Positions 8,696 to 20,542 are shown, counted from the first letter of the stretch. The stretch: DNA of 64,000 bases from an uncultured Thiothrix sp. (GCA_964498805.1 CAZCJE010000005.1:25176-89175); one strand, 5' to 3'. Notes: generated by a model not told the origin, from the sequence alone. Made by a program: numbers and translations.

Positions 8696-9505
8696 ATGAC
8701 AATAATGATTAATCTGCTTGCTGTATTGGCATGGCTGGCCACTTGGTTATTAATTGGCCGACGCTTGCGCGAGCGCTTGCAGGGGAAAGTCTCCTTGCAC
8801 AGACACTTACTGATTGCCTTATGGTTGTTTGCTATTGCTCTGCATGGCGCAACCATTGTCGATCATTTAAACAGCTCAGTGGGCATCTTTATTAATTTTG
8901 CCTTAGCCTGTTCGGTTGTTATGTGGCTATGCAGTGCTTTGTTATTTATTACCATGCTCAATCGGCCATTGGAAACTTTAGGGTTATTCGTAGTACCGTT
9001 TACCTTAATAGCCATGTTGCTACCCTTGCTAGATACCAGTCAAACCTCCGCCATTAATCTGAGCACTGGTTTGGGTGTACATATCTTTACATCCTTACTG
9101 GCTTATAGCATATTGACTCTAGCAAGCTTACAAGCATTGTTACTGGCATGGCAAAACCAGCATTTGCATAATCATAATCCTGGTGGCCTGATTCGAACCC
9201 TGCCGCCGTTGCTGGATATGGAAGCTCTCCTGTTCAAACTGATTCTATTAGGTATCATTTTGTTATCATTGGGCTTACTGAGTGGTGGACTGTATGTTGA
9301 TAATTTATTCAGCCAACATTTGGTGCACAAAACTATTCTTTCCATTGTAGCTTGGTTTGTATTCGTAACGCTGTTAATTGGCCATTGGCGCTATGGTTGG
9401 CGTGGACGCATTGCCATCCGCTGGACTCTTAGCGGCTTTTTCATTTTGATGCTAGCCTTTTTTGGCAGCAAGTTTGTGTTGGAATTCCTAGTAAAACCTT
9501 CTTAA
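8696..9505 (+). CDS. Cytochrome c assembly (CcsA/YpjD-like) inner membrane protein
   Basis: Eight hydrophobic segments, LGVHIFTSLLAYS, HKTILS, GHWRYGWRGR; divergent from ffh as for ypjD. Confidence 0.85.
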   Translation: MTIMINLLAVLAWLATWLLIGRRLRERLQGKVSLHRHLLIALWLFAIALHGATIVDHLNSSVGIFINFALACSVVMWLCSALLFITMLNRPLETLGLFVVPFTLIAMLLPLLDTSQTSAINLSTGLGVHIFTSLLAYSILTLASLQALLLAWQNQHLHNHNPGGLIRTLPPLLDMEALLFKLILLGIILLSLGLLSGGLYVDNLFSQHLVHKTILSIVAWFVFVTLLIGHWRYGWRGRIAIRWTLSGFFILMLAFFGSKFVLEFLVKPS

Positions 9506-9521
9506 CTCCGATAATGACACT

Positions 9522-10883
9522 ATGAGCAAAACCAGATTGCAGTACTACTGTACTGCGTGCGGTAGTTTGCACTCCAAATGGAGTGGGCAATGTAGTGATT
9601 GCGGTGCTTGGAATACGCTCGAAGAAAGCATTAGTGTGCCTGCGAGCAAGGCTCCGGCCACACGCTCAGGTAGTTATGCGGGTGAAGCGATTGCCATTCG
9701 CTCCTTGCATGAAGTGAGCCTAAGTGAAGACCCGCGTATTCCTACCGATCAACCTGAACTGGATCGCGTCCTCGGTGGTGGTCTGGTAGCCGGTTCCGTG
9801 GTACTGATAGGCGGCGACCCAGGAATTGGTAAATCGACTATTCTGTTACAGACCCTGACGGAACTCACTAATCTGAATAGTCTTTACGTGACCGGTGAAG
9901 AATCATTACAACAAGTCGGCCTGCGGGCTAAACGTTTGGGATTACCCACTGACCGATTGCGTTTGCTGACAGAAACGTGTGTGGAAAATATCCTGACCCT
10001 AAGTGCTCAGGAAAAGCCTCACATTATGGTGATTGACTCCATTCAAACTATTTTCACTGAAACATTGCAGTCAGCGCCTGGTTCAGTCAGCCAAATACGT
10101 GAATCAGCAGCCAAATTGGTGCGTTTTGCCAAGCAAACGCAGACCGTCTTATTTATTGTTGGTCATGTTACCAAAGAGGGAACCCTAGCAGGACCTAGGG
10201 TGTTAGAGCATATGGTTGATACGGTGCTCTATTTTGAAGGTGACCCTGGTGGCCGTTATCGTATTTTACGCGCAGTAAAAAACCGTTTTGGCGCAGTGAA
10301 TGAGCTTGGCGTGTTTGCCATGACTGAACAAGGACTGAAGGGAGTCAGTAATCCCTCGGCAATTTTTCTCTCTCGACATGATGAACCCGTGTCAGGAAGT
10401 GTTATCATGGTAACACGTGAAGGAACCCGACCCTTAATGGTGGAAGTCCAAGCGCTGGTAGACCAAAGCCATGGTAGTGTGCCGCGTCGGGTTACGTTAG
10501 GGCTGGAACAGAATCGTTTGGCTATGTTGCTAGCGGTCATGCACCGGCACGGTGGAATTTCAATGTTTGACCAAGATGTATTCATAAATGTGGTCGGTGG
10601 TGTTAAGATTTCAGAAACCGCCGCTGATTTACCATTATTACTGGCGGCACTATCCAGTTTTCGCAATCATCCTTTACCTGCTGATCTGGTGGTTTTTGGT
10701 GAGGTTGGGCTAGCAGGCGAGATTCGCCCGGTACCAAACGGAGAGGAAAGGCTGCGGGAAGCTGCCAAACATGGTTTTCGGCAAGCCATTGTACCCAAAG
10801 GCAACAAACCCCGGCAGCCAATCGAAGGCATGAAGGTGGTTGCTGTGACGAGATTGGAAAAAGCCATTGAAATGATGATGTAG
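9522..10883 (+). CDS. radA: DNA repair protein RadA/Sms
   Basis: CTACG...WSGQCSDCGAWN zinc finger, GGDPGIGKST, KNRFG, Lon-like C-terminal domain. Confidence 0.98.
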   Translation: MSKTRLQYYCTACGSLHSKWSGQCSDCGAWNTLEESISVPASKAPATRSGSYAGEAIAIRSLHEVSLSEDPRIPTDQPELDRVLGGGLVAGSVVLIGGDPGIGKSTILLQTLTELTNLNSLYVTGEESLQQVGLRAKRLGLPTDRLRLLTETCVENILTLSAQEKPHIMVIDSIQTIFTETLQSAPGSVSQIRESAAKLVRFAKQTQTVLFIVGHVTKEGTLAGPRVLEHMVDTVLYFEGDPGGRYRILRAVKNRFGAVNELGVFAMTEQGLKGVSNPSAIFLSRHDEPVSGSVIMVTREGTRPLMVEVQALVDQSHGSVPRRVTLGLEQNRLAMLLAVMHRHGGISMFDQDVFINVVGGVKISETAADLPLLLAALSSFRNHPLPADLVVFGEVGLAGEIRPVPNGEERLREAAKHGFRQAIVPKGNKPRQPIEGMKVVAVTRLEKAIEMMM

Positions 10884-11083
10884 AACTACCACATTTGCCG
10901 TAACGTTGTTGACTCCAAGCAACAGATATAATAATTTTATTAATCAGTTCGGGTCGCAATTTTACGTAACAAATACGGGTTTCCGGGTGGCGTTGAGGGT
11001 TCATAATTGCTGGCATTCCCTCTCCAGTTTGAAAGAATTTTTATTAATTACTCTCACCCATAATACGACGGGGAGTATGTGTC

Positions 11084-12703
11084 TTGTCTTTCTCAGAATT
11101 AGGTTTAAATCCAGATTTCGCAGCGAAAATTCAGGCTGCGGGTTACGAGAATCCGACTGAACTGCAAAAGCAGTTAATTCCTTTAATGACAGCTGCTAAA
11201 AGTGTCATTGTCTGGACACAATCGGCTTCTGGTAAAACCGGGGCGTTTTTGATACCTGCGATTAATTATATTCTTAGCAATCCGCTGGAAGATCATCGGC
11301 ATGCACGCATTTTGATTTTGACATCTCGGCGTGATCGTGTTAACCAAATTAACTATACCATCAAACGCTTATTAGGCGATGATCAGCAGTTGCGTTCAGG
11401 TTTTATCGTCAGTGGCCGACCTTATCAACCGCAAATGCGTTTATTACGGCGTCCTCTGGATTTGATGATTGCTACCCCTGGGCGTTTAAATGACTTGGTT
11501 GACAATAACAAGGCTGATTTTTCCAAATTGGAAATGCTGATTATTGATGACCTTAGCGCCATTTATCATAAAGGTTTACATGGGCTGGTTAATAAAATTT
11601 TAAGTGAGCGTACAACGCCTTGCCCGACGATTACTTTTGTTCGTCAGGAAGAAGAAATCGCCACTTATGCGCGCGCTATTTTCGCCGGTGCTCAGGAATT
11701 GGAAGTGGAAGATGATCGCAATCCACTATTGCAAATTCCACAGGTTGTGCATTTAGCCGATGATTACACGCATAAAATTGCCTTAATGGATCATTTACTA
11801 GATGAGTTTTCCGGTGAACCAACCAGCATTTTCACTACTAATACCAAAACGGCAAAAGCATTAGCAGAAAGCCTTGCTAATCATGGTCATAGTGCTGAAG
11901 TCTTTACAGATCTGTCAGAAGAAGAACGCACTGATCGTAGTACTTGTCCGATTCTGATTTATGCTGACCAAGATGGTTTGAAACCGGTCATGCAACCGGA
12001 AGAACATGTCATTAACTTCGAATTGCCAATCAAGGTAGAAGATTACGAAGCGCGTTTGCAAGGTATTCAAGCGGATACTCGTGAAGAAGCCGTCATTATT
12101 ATTGTTCTGCCACGCGAGCGCGAAAATCTCAAACGTGTGGAAGATTTCCTTGGCGATTCCATTGAACAATGTACCCTGCCCGGCTTAGCCCCGTTACATC
12201 ACACCTCCGGTTTTACTTTATCGGTGCGCTCACCGCGTAATAAAGGTGAACAAGGTCAACAGCGCAAAGGTGGTAATAATCAGGGCCAGAACAAGGGTCG
12301 GCATGGTGGCCAGACCGGACGCAATGCTAACCCTGGTAATAGTGCCAATAGCTCGCAATCACGTAACAATGGTCACCGTGGCCATAGTGGTGGGCAGCAA
12401 CACTCCCAAGCACCCGCTCAAGGTCAGCATCGTCAGGATGACAAATCAACAGATGCACAACGGCAGCAGCGCAAAGGCCCTTATGGACGCCTCAATGGGG
12501 GTGCGCAACGCAAACGCAGTGATGGCGGCAATTACAGTTCACCCTCAAGTAATATGTCACGACGTGATACGGGTGGTTCTTATGAAATCGGTAGCTGGGA
12601 AAAGCAGCAGGATTACTCCAGTGCTCCCGCCGCAGATAAAGGTCAAGGTGACAAAAAAGTTGTTATCCGTTACAAAGAAAAGCGTCGTATTTTGAGCAAA
12701 TAA
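11084..12703 (+). CDS. DEAD-box (RhlE-like) helicase homolog with degenerate motifs II, III, V, VI and a long low-complexity tail
   Basis: FSELGL, Q-motif PTELQ, SGKTGAF and ATPGRL are retained; DEAD is replaced by DDLS and HRIGRTGR by EARLQGIQ. TTG start. Confidence 0.8.
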   Translation: MSFSELGLNPDFAAKIQAAGYENPTELQKQLIPLMTAAKSVIVWTQSASGKTGAFLIPAINYILSNPLEDHRHARILILTSRRDRVNQINYTIKRLLGDDQQLRSGFIVSGRPYQPQMRLLRRPLDLMIATPGRLNDLVDNNKADFSKLEMLIIDDLSAIYHKGLHGLVNKILSERTTPCPTITFVRQEEEIATYARAIFAGAQELEVEDDRNPLLQIPQVVHLADDYTHKIALMDHLLDEFSGEPTSIFTTNTKTAKALAESLANHGHSAEVFTDLSEEERTDRSTCPILIYADQDGLKPVMQPEEHVINFELPIKVEDYEARLQGIQADTREEAVIIIVLPRERENLKRVEDFLGDSIEQCTLPGLAPLHHTSGFTLSVRSPRNKGEQGQQRKGGNNQGQNKGRHGGQTGRNANPGNSANSSQSRNNGHRGHSGGQQHSQAPAQGQHRQDDKSTDAQRQQRKGPYGRLNGGAQRKRSDGGNYSSPSSNMSRRDTGGSYEIGSWEKQQDYSSAPAADKGQGDKKVVIRYKEKRRILSK

Positions 12704-12712
12704 AGTCACTGC

Positions 12713-12916
12713 ATGACCACTAACGCAGAAGTCCTCCACCAGAAATTGGCCATACTCCTTCAAGAGCATCGGGAACTAGACCAAACTATCGAAGTGTTGC
12801 GCCAGCAATCAGATTATGATCAGTTTCAGGTCACACGTCTGAAAAAGCGCAAATTGCTGTTGAAAGATATGATTACGCGCTTACGCAGCCAATTAATCCC
12901 GGATTTAAACGCCTGA
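12713..12916 (+). CDS. DUF465 (YdcH-like) small coiled-coil protein
   Basis: EHRELDQTI...RLKKRKLLLKDMI signature. Confidence 0.85.
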   Translation: MTTNAEVLHQKLAILLQEHRELDQTIEVLRQQSDYDQFQVTRLKKRKLLLKDMITRLRSQLIPDLNA

Positions 12917-12918
12917 TT

Positions 12919-13872
12919 TCAAGGCGTTTGCCATAATCCCCGTATAGCAGCAATACCTCTTCCCCCATAATGCCGGGCTAGAGGTAGCGCTGCTTTTTGC
13001 ATGCCACCTAAGGCATACACCGGAAAATTGACGGTTGCAGTCAAACCTTGAAACTGCTCCCAGCCCAACCCAGGCGCACCCGGATGAGATAAAGTCGGTT
13101 TTACCGGCGACAACAGTGCGAAATTCACACCAAGCTGTGTAGCCTTGTGTAAATCTTCACAACTATGACAGGCCGCTGATAGCCATTTACCTGTCCCTAA
13201 CATCGGTTTAACGCTTGATATTTGTAATTGGGTGCTGGTCAAATGCAAGCCATCTGCCTGTTCCAACCAACATGGCGGGGAATTGAGGATAACTTTGCCA
13301 CCTAGCTGATGCGTCAAGGAAATGACTTCTCTAGCCAGCTGGATATAAGCACTGCCTGACAAGGATTTAGCCCGCAATTGCACTAAACGTACGCCGCTGA
13401 GCAAAGTCTTTTCCAGTTGTGACAAAAATTCGGTAGTGTTATCAGGCTCGGGAGTGATGAGATAGTAATCCGGTAATTGGGCAGCAGTAATAATCGGATA
13501 GTTGGCCGGTGGAAATTCCAACTCATTTAATTGCATGGGCGTAAACCAACCAACCGGCTGTCCTTCCTTACCGTGGGTGTGCCCTGCAAAAGCTGTAACT
13601 TCCCATACATCCAGCAGTACCGCTCGTTCCGGGTAAACATGCCTTACTTTTATCAGCGGTTGAGCTTGTAAACCTTGAATACCCAACTCTTCGTGCAATT
13701 CTCGCTCAAGTGCTTGTAATGGGGTCTCATCGGCTTCAACCTTGCCACCGGGAAATTCCCATTTACCACCTTGATGCTTATGTGCAGGCCGCTGAGCCAG
13801 CAGGATATCCCCACTGGCTTTGCGAATCACGGCTGCGACTACATGCAGATAATTAACTGCGGTATTCAGCAT
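12919..13872 (-). CDS. mutT: Nudix hydrolase (MutT-like) fused to a thiamine-phosphate-synthase-like (TMP-TENI) domain
   Basis: Nudix box GGKVEADETPLQALERELHEELG; LVQLRAK, SAACHS, SPVKPTLSHP, YALGG. Start moved to 13872. Confidence 0.85.
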   Translation of the reverse strand: MLNTAVNYLHVVAAVIRKASGDILLAQRPAHKHQGGKWEFPGGKVEADETPLQALERELHEELGIQGLQAQPLIKVRHVYPERAVLLDVWEVTAFAGHTHGKEGQPVGWFTPMQLNELEFPPANYPIITAAQLPDYYLITPEPDNTTEFLSQLEKTLLSGVRLVQLRAKSLSGSAYIQLAREVISLTHQLGGKVILNSPPCWLEQADGLHLTSTQLQISSVKPMLGTGKWLSAACHSCEDLHKATQLGVNFALLSPVKPTLSHPGAPGLGWEQFQGLTATVNFPVYALGGMQKAALPLARHYGGRGIAAIRGLWQTP

Positions 13873-15061
13873 TGATTTTGACGTAATCGTAGGAAAAATC
13901 GCATGTCCAAGTCGTAGCAGCGGCCTCACCACGGCCTAAATCAATACGAATGGTGATTTCGTCCTGCTGCATTTCCTGCTGACCAAGCTCTTCATGGTAA
14001 CTTTCCGCCGGTTCACCCTTTTCAATCAATAAGGTTTTACCCAACCAGATGGTCACCAAACTCACATCCAATGCTTCAATCTGGCTACGACCTACTGCCG
14101 CTAGAATACGACCCCAGTTTGGGTCACTAGCAAACAGCGCAGTTTTAACCAGCGGCGAAAGGGCTACGGTATTACCTACAATGCGAGCTTCTTGACGCGT
14201 AGCCGCACCTTGCACTTCAACACTGATGAATTTGGTAGCACCTTCACCATCACGCACGATCGCTTGCGCCAGATACAGACACACTTCCTGTAAAGCTTGC
14301 TGGAAAATAGCTAAAGCCTCACCCCCGACATACACTCCGGAACTGCCAGTAGCCATTACCACTAAGGAGTCATTGGTAGAAGTATCGCCATCCACCGTAA
14401 TGCAGTTAAAGGTTTCTTCCACTACTTCAGATAAAACCTTTTGCAGCAGATCAGGCTCAATCAAAGCATCGGTAGCCACATAGGCCAACATAGTCGCCAT
14501 ATTGGGATGGATCATGCCCGCCCCTTTGGCAATCCCGGTCAGGGTGACGATCTCACCAAAGATTTCTACCTGCTTACTGATCGCTTTAGCGACCGTATCA
14601 GTGGTCATAATGGTGTGAGCAGCTTCTTGCCAACCATTGGTATCCAGTCTGGCAAACGCTTCTGGCAAAGCAGCGGTGATTTTTTCCACAGGCAATTGCA
14701 TACCAATCACACCGGTGGAAAACGGTAACACCTGCTCAGCCCAGCATTCACCACGTTCGGCAACTTGTTCACAACATTCGCGCGCGGCCAGCATGCCCGG
14801 CTCACCTGTACCGGCATTAGCATTACCTGCATTGATCAACAGGTAACGCGGGCTGGATTTCTGTAAATGGTGACGACAAAGATGCACAGGTGCGGCACAA
14901 AACGCATTGCGGGTAAATACTGCTGCGGTTTGACTACCGGGTTCCAGTTCTATCAAGAGTAGATCATTACGATTTTTGTAACGAATACCAGCATTGACGG
15001 AAGCCAGTCGTACCCCTGCGACTGGTAACAAATTAGTAGGTGCCTGGAGATTGACGGCCAT
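13853..15061 (-). CDS. argJ: Bifunctional ornithine acetyltransferase / N-acetylglutamate synthase
   Basis: AKGAGMIHPNMATML, DGDTSTNDS, RDGEGATK, DPNWGRI, INAEYRS. Confidence 0.97.
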   Translation of the reverse strand: MAVNLQAPTNLLPVAGVRLASVNAGIRYKNRNDLLLIELEPGSQTAAVFTRNAFCAAPVHLCRHHLQKSSPRYLLINAGNANAGTGEPGMLAARECCEQVAERGECWAEQVLPFSTGVIGMQLPVEKITAALPEAFARLDTNGWQEAAHTIMTTDTVAKAISKQVEIFGEIVTLTGIAKGAGMIHPNMATMLAYVATDALIEPDLLQKVLSEVVEETFNCITVDGDTSTNDSLVVMATGSSGVYVGGEALAIFQQALQEVCLYLAQAIVRDGEGATKFISVEVQGAATRQEARIVGNTVALSPLVKTALFASDPNWGRILAAVGRSQIEALDVSLVTIWLGKTLLIEKGEPAESYHEELGQQEMQQDEITIRIDLGRGEAAATTWTCDFSYDYVKINAEYRS

Positions 15062-15089
15062 ATTATTACTCCTAGGTTGATAGCGCTTA

Positions 15090-17789
15090 TTAACTCAATC
15101 TACCGTGGCATTGTTTATATTTTTTGCCTGAGCCGCAAGGACAAGGGTCATTACGACCTACTTTGGCCCCTTCACGTTGATAAGTCTCATCGGCTGTCGC
15201 TTCAACCGCATCTTCAGGATCAGTCAGCGCACTATTGGCTTGCGGATGGCTGTATTCCATGTCTTGTGGCGGATGTTCTTCCAGTGTCTCCATTGTTTTT
15301 TGCGGTTCAGCTAACTGAATGCGCATCAAGAAGGCAATCACATCGTGTTTAATACGCTCAAGCAATTGCTCAAACATTTCAAACGCTTCACGCTTATATT
15401 CCTGTTTAGGATTTTTCTGTGCATAACCGCGTAAGCCTACGCTTTGACGCAGATAATCCATCGCAGCAAGGTGGTCTTTCCACTCAGTATCCAGCACATG
15501 CAACATAACATCGCGTTCTAAACGACGCATGTTAGGGGCAGCAATCAAGTTTTCTTTTTGCTGCAGGGCTGCTGCTACTTGTTCCTGTACACGATCCCGC
15601 AGATTTTCTTCATACAGGTTTTTCTCAGTAGATAACCACTGCTTAATAGGTAGATCCAAACCAAAATCGACATATAGCTGCTTGTACAGCCCATCCACAT
15701 TCCATTGTTCTTCCATACTACCCTGTGGAATATGCGCAGCAAACAGATTATCCACCACGTCTTCACGGATATTGGCAATCATGTCGCCGATATCATCCGC
15801 TTCCAACAAGTCATTGCGCTGGGCATAAATAACTTTACGCTGGTCATTGGCGACGTCATCGTATTCGAGCAAATGCTTACGAATGTCGTAGTTATGGGCT
15901 TCAACCTTACGTTGGGCATTTTCAATGGATTTAGAAACCAGACCGGCTTCAATGGCTTGTCCACGCTCCATACCCAGACGCTGCATCATGCTCTTAACGC
16001 GATCTGAGGCGAAAATACGCATGAGGTTATCTTCCAAAGACAGGAAGAAACGCGAAGAACCGGGGTCACCTTGACGGCCGGAACGACCACGCAGCTGGTT
16101 ATCAATACGGCGCGATTCATGCCGCTCTGTACCCAGAATATGCAAACCGCCAGATTGGACCACTGCATCATGGCGTTTCTGCCACAAAGCCCGGATTTTG
16201 GCAATAGCTTCAGGATCAGGATTAGGCAATTGGCGAATTTCTTCTTCCAAACTACCACCGAGCACAATGTCAGTACCACGACCGGCCATATTGGTCGCAA
16301 TTGTTACCGCACCGGGGCGACCTGCATTGGCAACAATATGCGCTTCGCGTTCGTGCTGCTTGGCATTGAGAACTTCATGCGGAATACGCAAAGCTTTAAG
16401 CTTTTCCGAGACCAATTCAGAGGTTTCAATCGAAGCAGTACCAACCAATACCGGGCGACCTTTAGCCACCTGCTCTTGGATTTCCTTGATAATAGCCTCG
16501 TATTTTTCCTCAGCAGTCAGGTAAACCAAGTCATTGGAATCAATACGAATCATTGGACGGTGAGTCGGAATAACCACCACTTCCAAACCATAAATCTGCT
16601 GTAATTCAAACGCTTCCGTGTCTGCTGTACCCGTCATACCGGACAGTTTGTTATACAAACGGAAGTAATTCTGGAAGGTAATCGAAGCCAGTGTCTGGTT
16701 TTCAGCCTGAATTTCTACTTCTTCCTTAGCCTCAATCGCCTGATGCAAACCTTCAGACCAGCGACGCCCTGGCATGGTACGCCCGGTGAATTCGTCGACA
16801 ATAATGATTTTGCCATCACGCACAATGTAATCCACATTGCGCTGGTACAGAGCGTGTGCCCGCAATGCCGCATTGAGGTGATGCAAAATACTAATGCTAA
16901 CCGTGTCATACAAACCCTGACCTTCAGGCAGAATACCGGCTTGTATTAATAACTGCTCAACCCGCTCCTGACCGTCTTCAGTCAAAAATACCTGACGTGC
17001 CTTTTCATCAACAGAATAATCACCGGGGCCGTCTTCCTGCTGTTGGCGAGTTAAGGTCGGGATAAGCTTATCGATAGAGATATAAAGCTGAGAGGCATCG
17101 TGACTTGGGCCAGAAATAATCAGCGGTGTTCTGGCCTCGTCAATCAGGATAGAGTCCACCTCGTCAACAATGGCGTAATTTAGAACACGCTGCACGCGCT
17201 CTTCTTTACGAAACGCCATATTGTCACGCAGGTAGTCAAAACCGAATTCGTTATTGGTACCGTAGGTAATATCCGCTGCATAGGCTTCGCGGCGTTGGTC
17301 TTGGTTCAAACCGTTGATAATGACGCCGGTAGTTAAACCTAAGAAACTATATAGCTTAGACATCTGACCGGCGTCACGTTGCGCTAGATAGTCATTGACG
17401 GTAATGACATGCATACCTTTACCGGGTAATGCATTCAGATAAGCTGCCAGCGTTGCCACCAAAGTCTTACCTTCACCGGTTTTCATTTCGGCGATTTTGC
17501 CATCATGCAACACCATACCGCCGATCAGCTGCACATCATAATGACGCAAACCGAGTACCCGCTGGCTTGCTTCGCGTACGACAGCGAAAGCTTCTGGCAA
17601 TAGGCTATCGAGTGTTTCACCCTTTTGCAGGCGGTCGCGGAATTCGGTAGTTTTAGCAGCCAACTGGGCATCCGATAAAGCCCGACACTGTTCTTCCAGA
17701 CTATTGATTTTTTTTACTATTTTGGAATAAGACTTGACCAGGCGGTCATTACGGCTGCCAAAAAGCTTTTTGGCGACAGAACCCAGCAT
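15090..17789 (-). CDS. secA: Preprotein translocase ATPase SecA
   Basis: [48 protein letters not shown] motif [19 protein letters not shown]. Start at 17789. Confidence 0.99.
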   Translation of the reverse strand: MLGSVAKKLFGSRNDRLVKSYSKIVKKINSLEEQCRALSDAQLAAKTTEFRDRLQKGETLDSLLPEAFAVVREASQRVLGLRHYDVQLIGGMVLHDGKIAEMKTGEGKTLVATLAAYLNALPGKGMHVITVNDYLAQRDAGQMSKLYSFLGLTTGVIINGLNQDQRREAYAADITYGTNNEFGFDYLRDNMAFRKEERVQRVLNYAIVDEVDSILIDEARTPLIISGPSHDASQLYISIDKLIPTLTRQQQEDGPGDYSVDEKARQVFLTEDGQERVEQLLIQAGILPEGQGLYDTVSISILHHLNAALRAHALYQRNVDYIVRDGKIIIVDEFTGRTMPGRRWSEGLHQAIEAKEEVEIQAENQTLASITFQNYFRLYNKLSGMTGTADTEAFELQQIYGLEVVVIPTHRPMIRIDSNDLVYLTAEEKYEAIIKEIQEQVAKGRPVLVGTASIETSELVSEKLKALRIPHEVLNAKQHEREAHIVANAGRPGAVTIATNMAGRGTDIVLGGSLEEEIRQLPNPDPEAIAKIRALWQKRHDAVVQSGGLHILGTERHESRRIDNQLRGRSGRQGDPGSSRFFLSLEDNLMRIFASDRVKSMMQRLGMERGQAIEAGLVSKSIENAQRKVEAHNYDIRKHLLEYDDVANDQRKVIYAQRNDLLEADDIGDMIANIREDVVDNLFAAHIPQGSMEEQWNVDGLYKQLYVDFGLDLPIKQWLSTEKNLYEENLRDRVQEQVAAALQQKENLIAAPNMRRLERDVMLHVLDTEWKDHLAAMDYLRQSVGLRGYAQKNPKQEYKREAFEMFEQLLERIKHDVIAFLMRIQLAEPQKTMETLEEHPPQDMEYSHPQANSALTDPEDAVEATADETYQREGAKVGRNDPCPCGSGKKYKQCHGRLS

Positions 17790-17933
17790 ATATTTTCTCT
17801 CTTGTGTCCTTGTCCAAAGAAAAAGTCCGGCTGTAGCACATTTTCGCCACACCGGACAGCACTTTTTTCATTATACCTTGATTAACTGGCTATACAGTGA
17901 ATTTTCCGACACTGCACCATTACCATTATGTCA

Positions 17934-18887
17934 TTATTCCTGATAGCCGAGATATGTGCGCGGGTCTTGTTGTTCACCGTTTTTAAGCACTTCCAAATGC
18001 AAATGAGGGCCCGTCGAACGGCCTGTATTGCCCATTAACGCTACCAAATCGCCTTTTTTCACCACTTGTCCTTCCTTGACTTTAGGGACGCTCAAGTGAC
18101 CATAACGGCTGACTAAACCATCACCATGATCGACTTCTACGGCAATACCATAGCCCGACTTTTCACCGGCATACGATACTACGCCACCAGCTACTGCATA
18201 AATTTCCGTACCAATAGGACCGGCAAAATCCAATCCCTTATGCATTTTTAAATGACCATTAAAAGGGTCATGCCGAATACCAAATTCGGAAGAAATATAA
18301 CCACTTTTAACCGGACGAGCGGAAGGAACTATTTCCTCTTGTAAAGTCAGACCTTCAAGAATTTGCTCCAAAGTGGCCAGCATACCTTTTTGACGGTCAA
18401 CATCATTTTCAGCCCGCTGGAAGGCTGTAAGTAGTTCATCAGAGGGATTTTTAGGCTGCCCGGTGACCGCTTCGGCTAGCCCCCCACGGGCAGGCTTACT
18501 ATCCAGTGAAAACTCTTGTGGGTCTAGCTTAGCTTTATTGGCGACACGTTTAGCCAAGGCATTCAAACGGGTGATTTCTGCTTCCATCGTTCCTAGACGC
18601 GTCGACAGGGTATCAACATCTACGGTATAGTTGGCGTAGGTTTTTTTGATCTGGTCGACGGTGGTAATTTGTCGTTCCAAAGCGGTAAGAATTTTACTGG
18701 CTTCTTGCTGAGACAAGGCAGTGGTTTGTGGTGTGCGATCCAGACGATATAAACCCAGCATCTGGTTAACAGATAACCCCACCAATAGTAATGCCACCAA
18801 TCCAGCAGGAATAATCAGATGTTTCCATGGATGCAAGTTAAATGAAGCACGGCGCGAACCATCATCACTAAGACAAATTACCTTCAT
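17934..18887 (-). CDS. M23 family metallopeptidase with N-terminal coiled coil
   Basis: HKGLDF, YGHL, STGPHLHLEV zinc motifs; usual position upstream of secA. Confidence 0.92.
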   Translation of the reverse strand: MKVICLSDDGSRRASFNLHPWKHLIIPAGLVALLLVGLSVNQMLGLYRLDRTPQTTALSQQEASKILTALERQITTVDQIKKTYANYTVDVDTLSTRLGTMEAEITRLNALAKRVANKAKLDPQEFSLDSKPARGGLAEAVTGQPKNPSDELLTAFQRAENDVDRQKGMLATLEQILEGLTLQEEIVPSARPVKSGYISSEFGIRHDPFNGHLKMHKGLDFAGPIGTEIYAVAGGVVSYAGEKSGYGIAVEVDHGDGLVSRYGHLSVPKVKEGQVVKKGDLVALMGNTGRSTGPHLHLEVLKNGEQQDPRTYLGYQE

Positions 18888-18976
18888 AGGTGTTAATCCT
18901 TGAGCTTCCTTACTAGCGTAAAAAACAAATCCATACTGATAATAGTTGTTCTAGAACCAGTGGAGGCAGAAAAACC

Positions 18977-19402
18977 ATGAAAAAAATGAATGTTTTCATT
19001 AAGCCAGATATTCTTGAAAGGCTGGAGCAACTGGATAAATTAACTGTATTGGTGAATCAATTTTTTCCAATCTCAATAGAAAACAGGCTTTGGCCTGTCT
19101 TAAAGAATCATCGCTTGACACTTTTGACAGATGATCCTTATCTGGCTACACAAGCTCGCTTTCAACAAAACACACTCTGTAAATATTTAAGCAAAAACTT
19201 GAACACTCCTATTCGCGGCATGGATATTAAAGTGATTAGTTTACCGCTGGCAAGCTTTGAGCAAAAAAAGGACAGTTTTAAACTATCAGCGAATGCTGCC
19301 AATATTGTCGGCAGCATTGCCCAAAGTATTCATGATGATGAATTAAGAGAAACCGTTTTACGTCTTTCTAAAATTGCCGGGCCTTCCAACCAAGGCTATT
19401 AA
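18977..19402 (+). CDS. DUF721 / DciA-like protein
   Basis: Size and opposite-strand position between lpxC and the M23 gene; [18 protein letters not shown] resembles the family; sequence divergent. Confidence 0.6.
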   Translation: MKKMNVFIKPDILERLEQLDKLTVLVNQFFPISIENRLWPVLKNHRLTLLTDDPYLATQARFQQNTLCKYLSKNLNTPIRGMDIKVISLPLASFEQKKDSFKLSANAANIVGSIAQSIHDDELRETVLRLSKIAGPSNQGY

Positions 19403-20316
19403 ATCCCGCCAAATGCATAATTATCAATGAAAATTACCTGATCTTTTTGTTTTTCTTCCAGGCTTACCATTTCCCATGCATCACGCTGTTTTAAAAGCTC
19501 ACGTACCAATAAATTATTAATCGCATGCCCTGCTTTATAACCATAGAAAGCCCCAATAATACCGTGACCTAATGTATATAAATCACCGACTGCATCTAAA
19601 ATTTTATGACGTATAAATTCATCGGTATAACGTAAGCCATCAGGATTTAAAACCCGATATTCATCCAAGACAATAGCGTTTTCCAAACTACCGCCTAAGC
19701 CCAGATTACGTGACCGCATCATTTCCACATCACGCATAAAACCAAAGGTACGGGCACGTGCAATTTCACTTGCATAAGCTTGCCGTGAAAAATCAATTTC
19801 CAGTTTTTGTTTAGTCGCATTAACCGCTGGATGATTGAAATCAATTTCAAAGGTGGCTTTGAAACCTTCATAAGGCGATAAACGTGCCCAGCCATCACCT
19901 TTTTTAGCTTCAATAGTACGTTTGATACGGATAAAACGTTTAGGTGCTCTCAGTTCTTCAATACCTGTTGATAACAGCAAATACAGGAATGGTGCTGAAC
20001 TACCATCCATAATGGGAATTTCTGCTGCATCAAGGTCTACATACAAATTATCAATACCCAGACCTGCTAATGCAGACAATAAATGTTCGACCGTTGCAAC
20101 TTTCATCTCTCCCTCAACCAACGCTGTGCATAGCATGGTTTCTCCCACTCGCTCAGGGTGCAGTTCCAGTAGGGATGGAGGATTCATATCAACACGACGA
20201 AAGACAATGCCAGTATTAGCCGGAGCAGGACGCAAAGTCATAGAGACCTTTTTACCCGAATGCAGGCCAATGCCTACAGTAGAAACTGTTTTTTTCAGTG
20301 TACGTTGCCTTAACAA
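19399..20316 (-). CDS. lpxC: UDP-3-O-acyl-N-acetylglucosamine deacetylase
   Basis: [40 protein letters not shown]. Confidence 0.98.
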   Translation of the reverse strand: MLRQRTLKKTVSTVGIGLHSGKKVSMTLRPAPANTGIVFRRVDMNPPSLLELHPERVGETMLCTALVEGEMKVATVEHLLSALAGLGIDNLYVDLDAAEIPIMDGSSAPFLYLLLSTGIEELRAPKRFIRIKRTIEAKKGDGWARLSPYEGFKATFEIDFNHPAVNATKQKLEIDFSRQAYASEIARARTFGFMRDVEMMRSRNLGLGGSLENAIVLDEYRVLNPDGLRYTDEFIRHKILDAVGDLYTLGHGIIGAFYGYKAGHAINNLLVRELLKQRDAWEMVSLEEKQKDQVIFIDNYAFGGI

Positions 20317-20542
20317 GGTATGCTCCCTTTTTGTGGCTGTGTTATTTTTATAGAATACTCAGATTCTAGATCATTCTTTTTAAATCTGAATAACTGTAGC
20401 CCAAAAACGAAAAATCACCCGACTGTTAACTGACAAACAGCTATACAGGTGATGCCCCATTATTGTTTTCCCCTGTGGTCAAAGCAAAAAGTCTTTAACC
20501 ACATGATGGGTTTTTCATTTAACTTGCCTTAGGCAATAAACT

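Noticed and set aside
12246-12695. 149-aa same-strand alternate-frame ORF in the helicase tail
   Set aside because: By-product of the low-complexity codons of the disordered tail; no RBS or domain.
12919-13872. Nudix + ThiE-like fusion as a novelty
   Set aside because: This fusion downstream of secA/argJ is a known, widespread arrangement in Proteobacteria.
16071-16604. 177-aa antisense ORF in secA, representative of many in secA, ftsZ and mur genes
   Set aside because: Antisense shadows of highly conserved genes; expected from codon bias.
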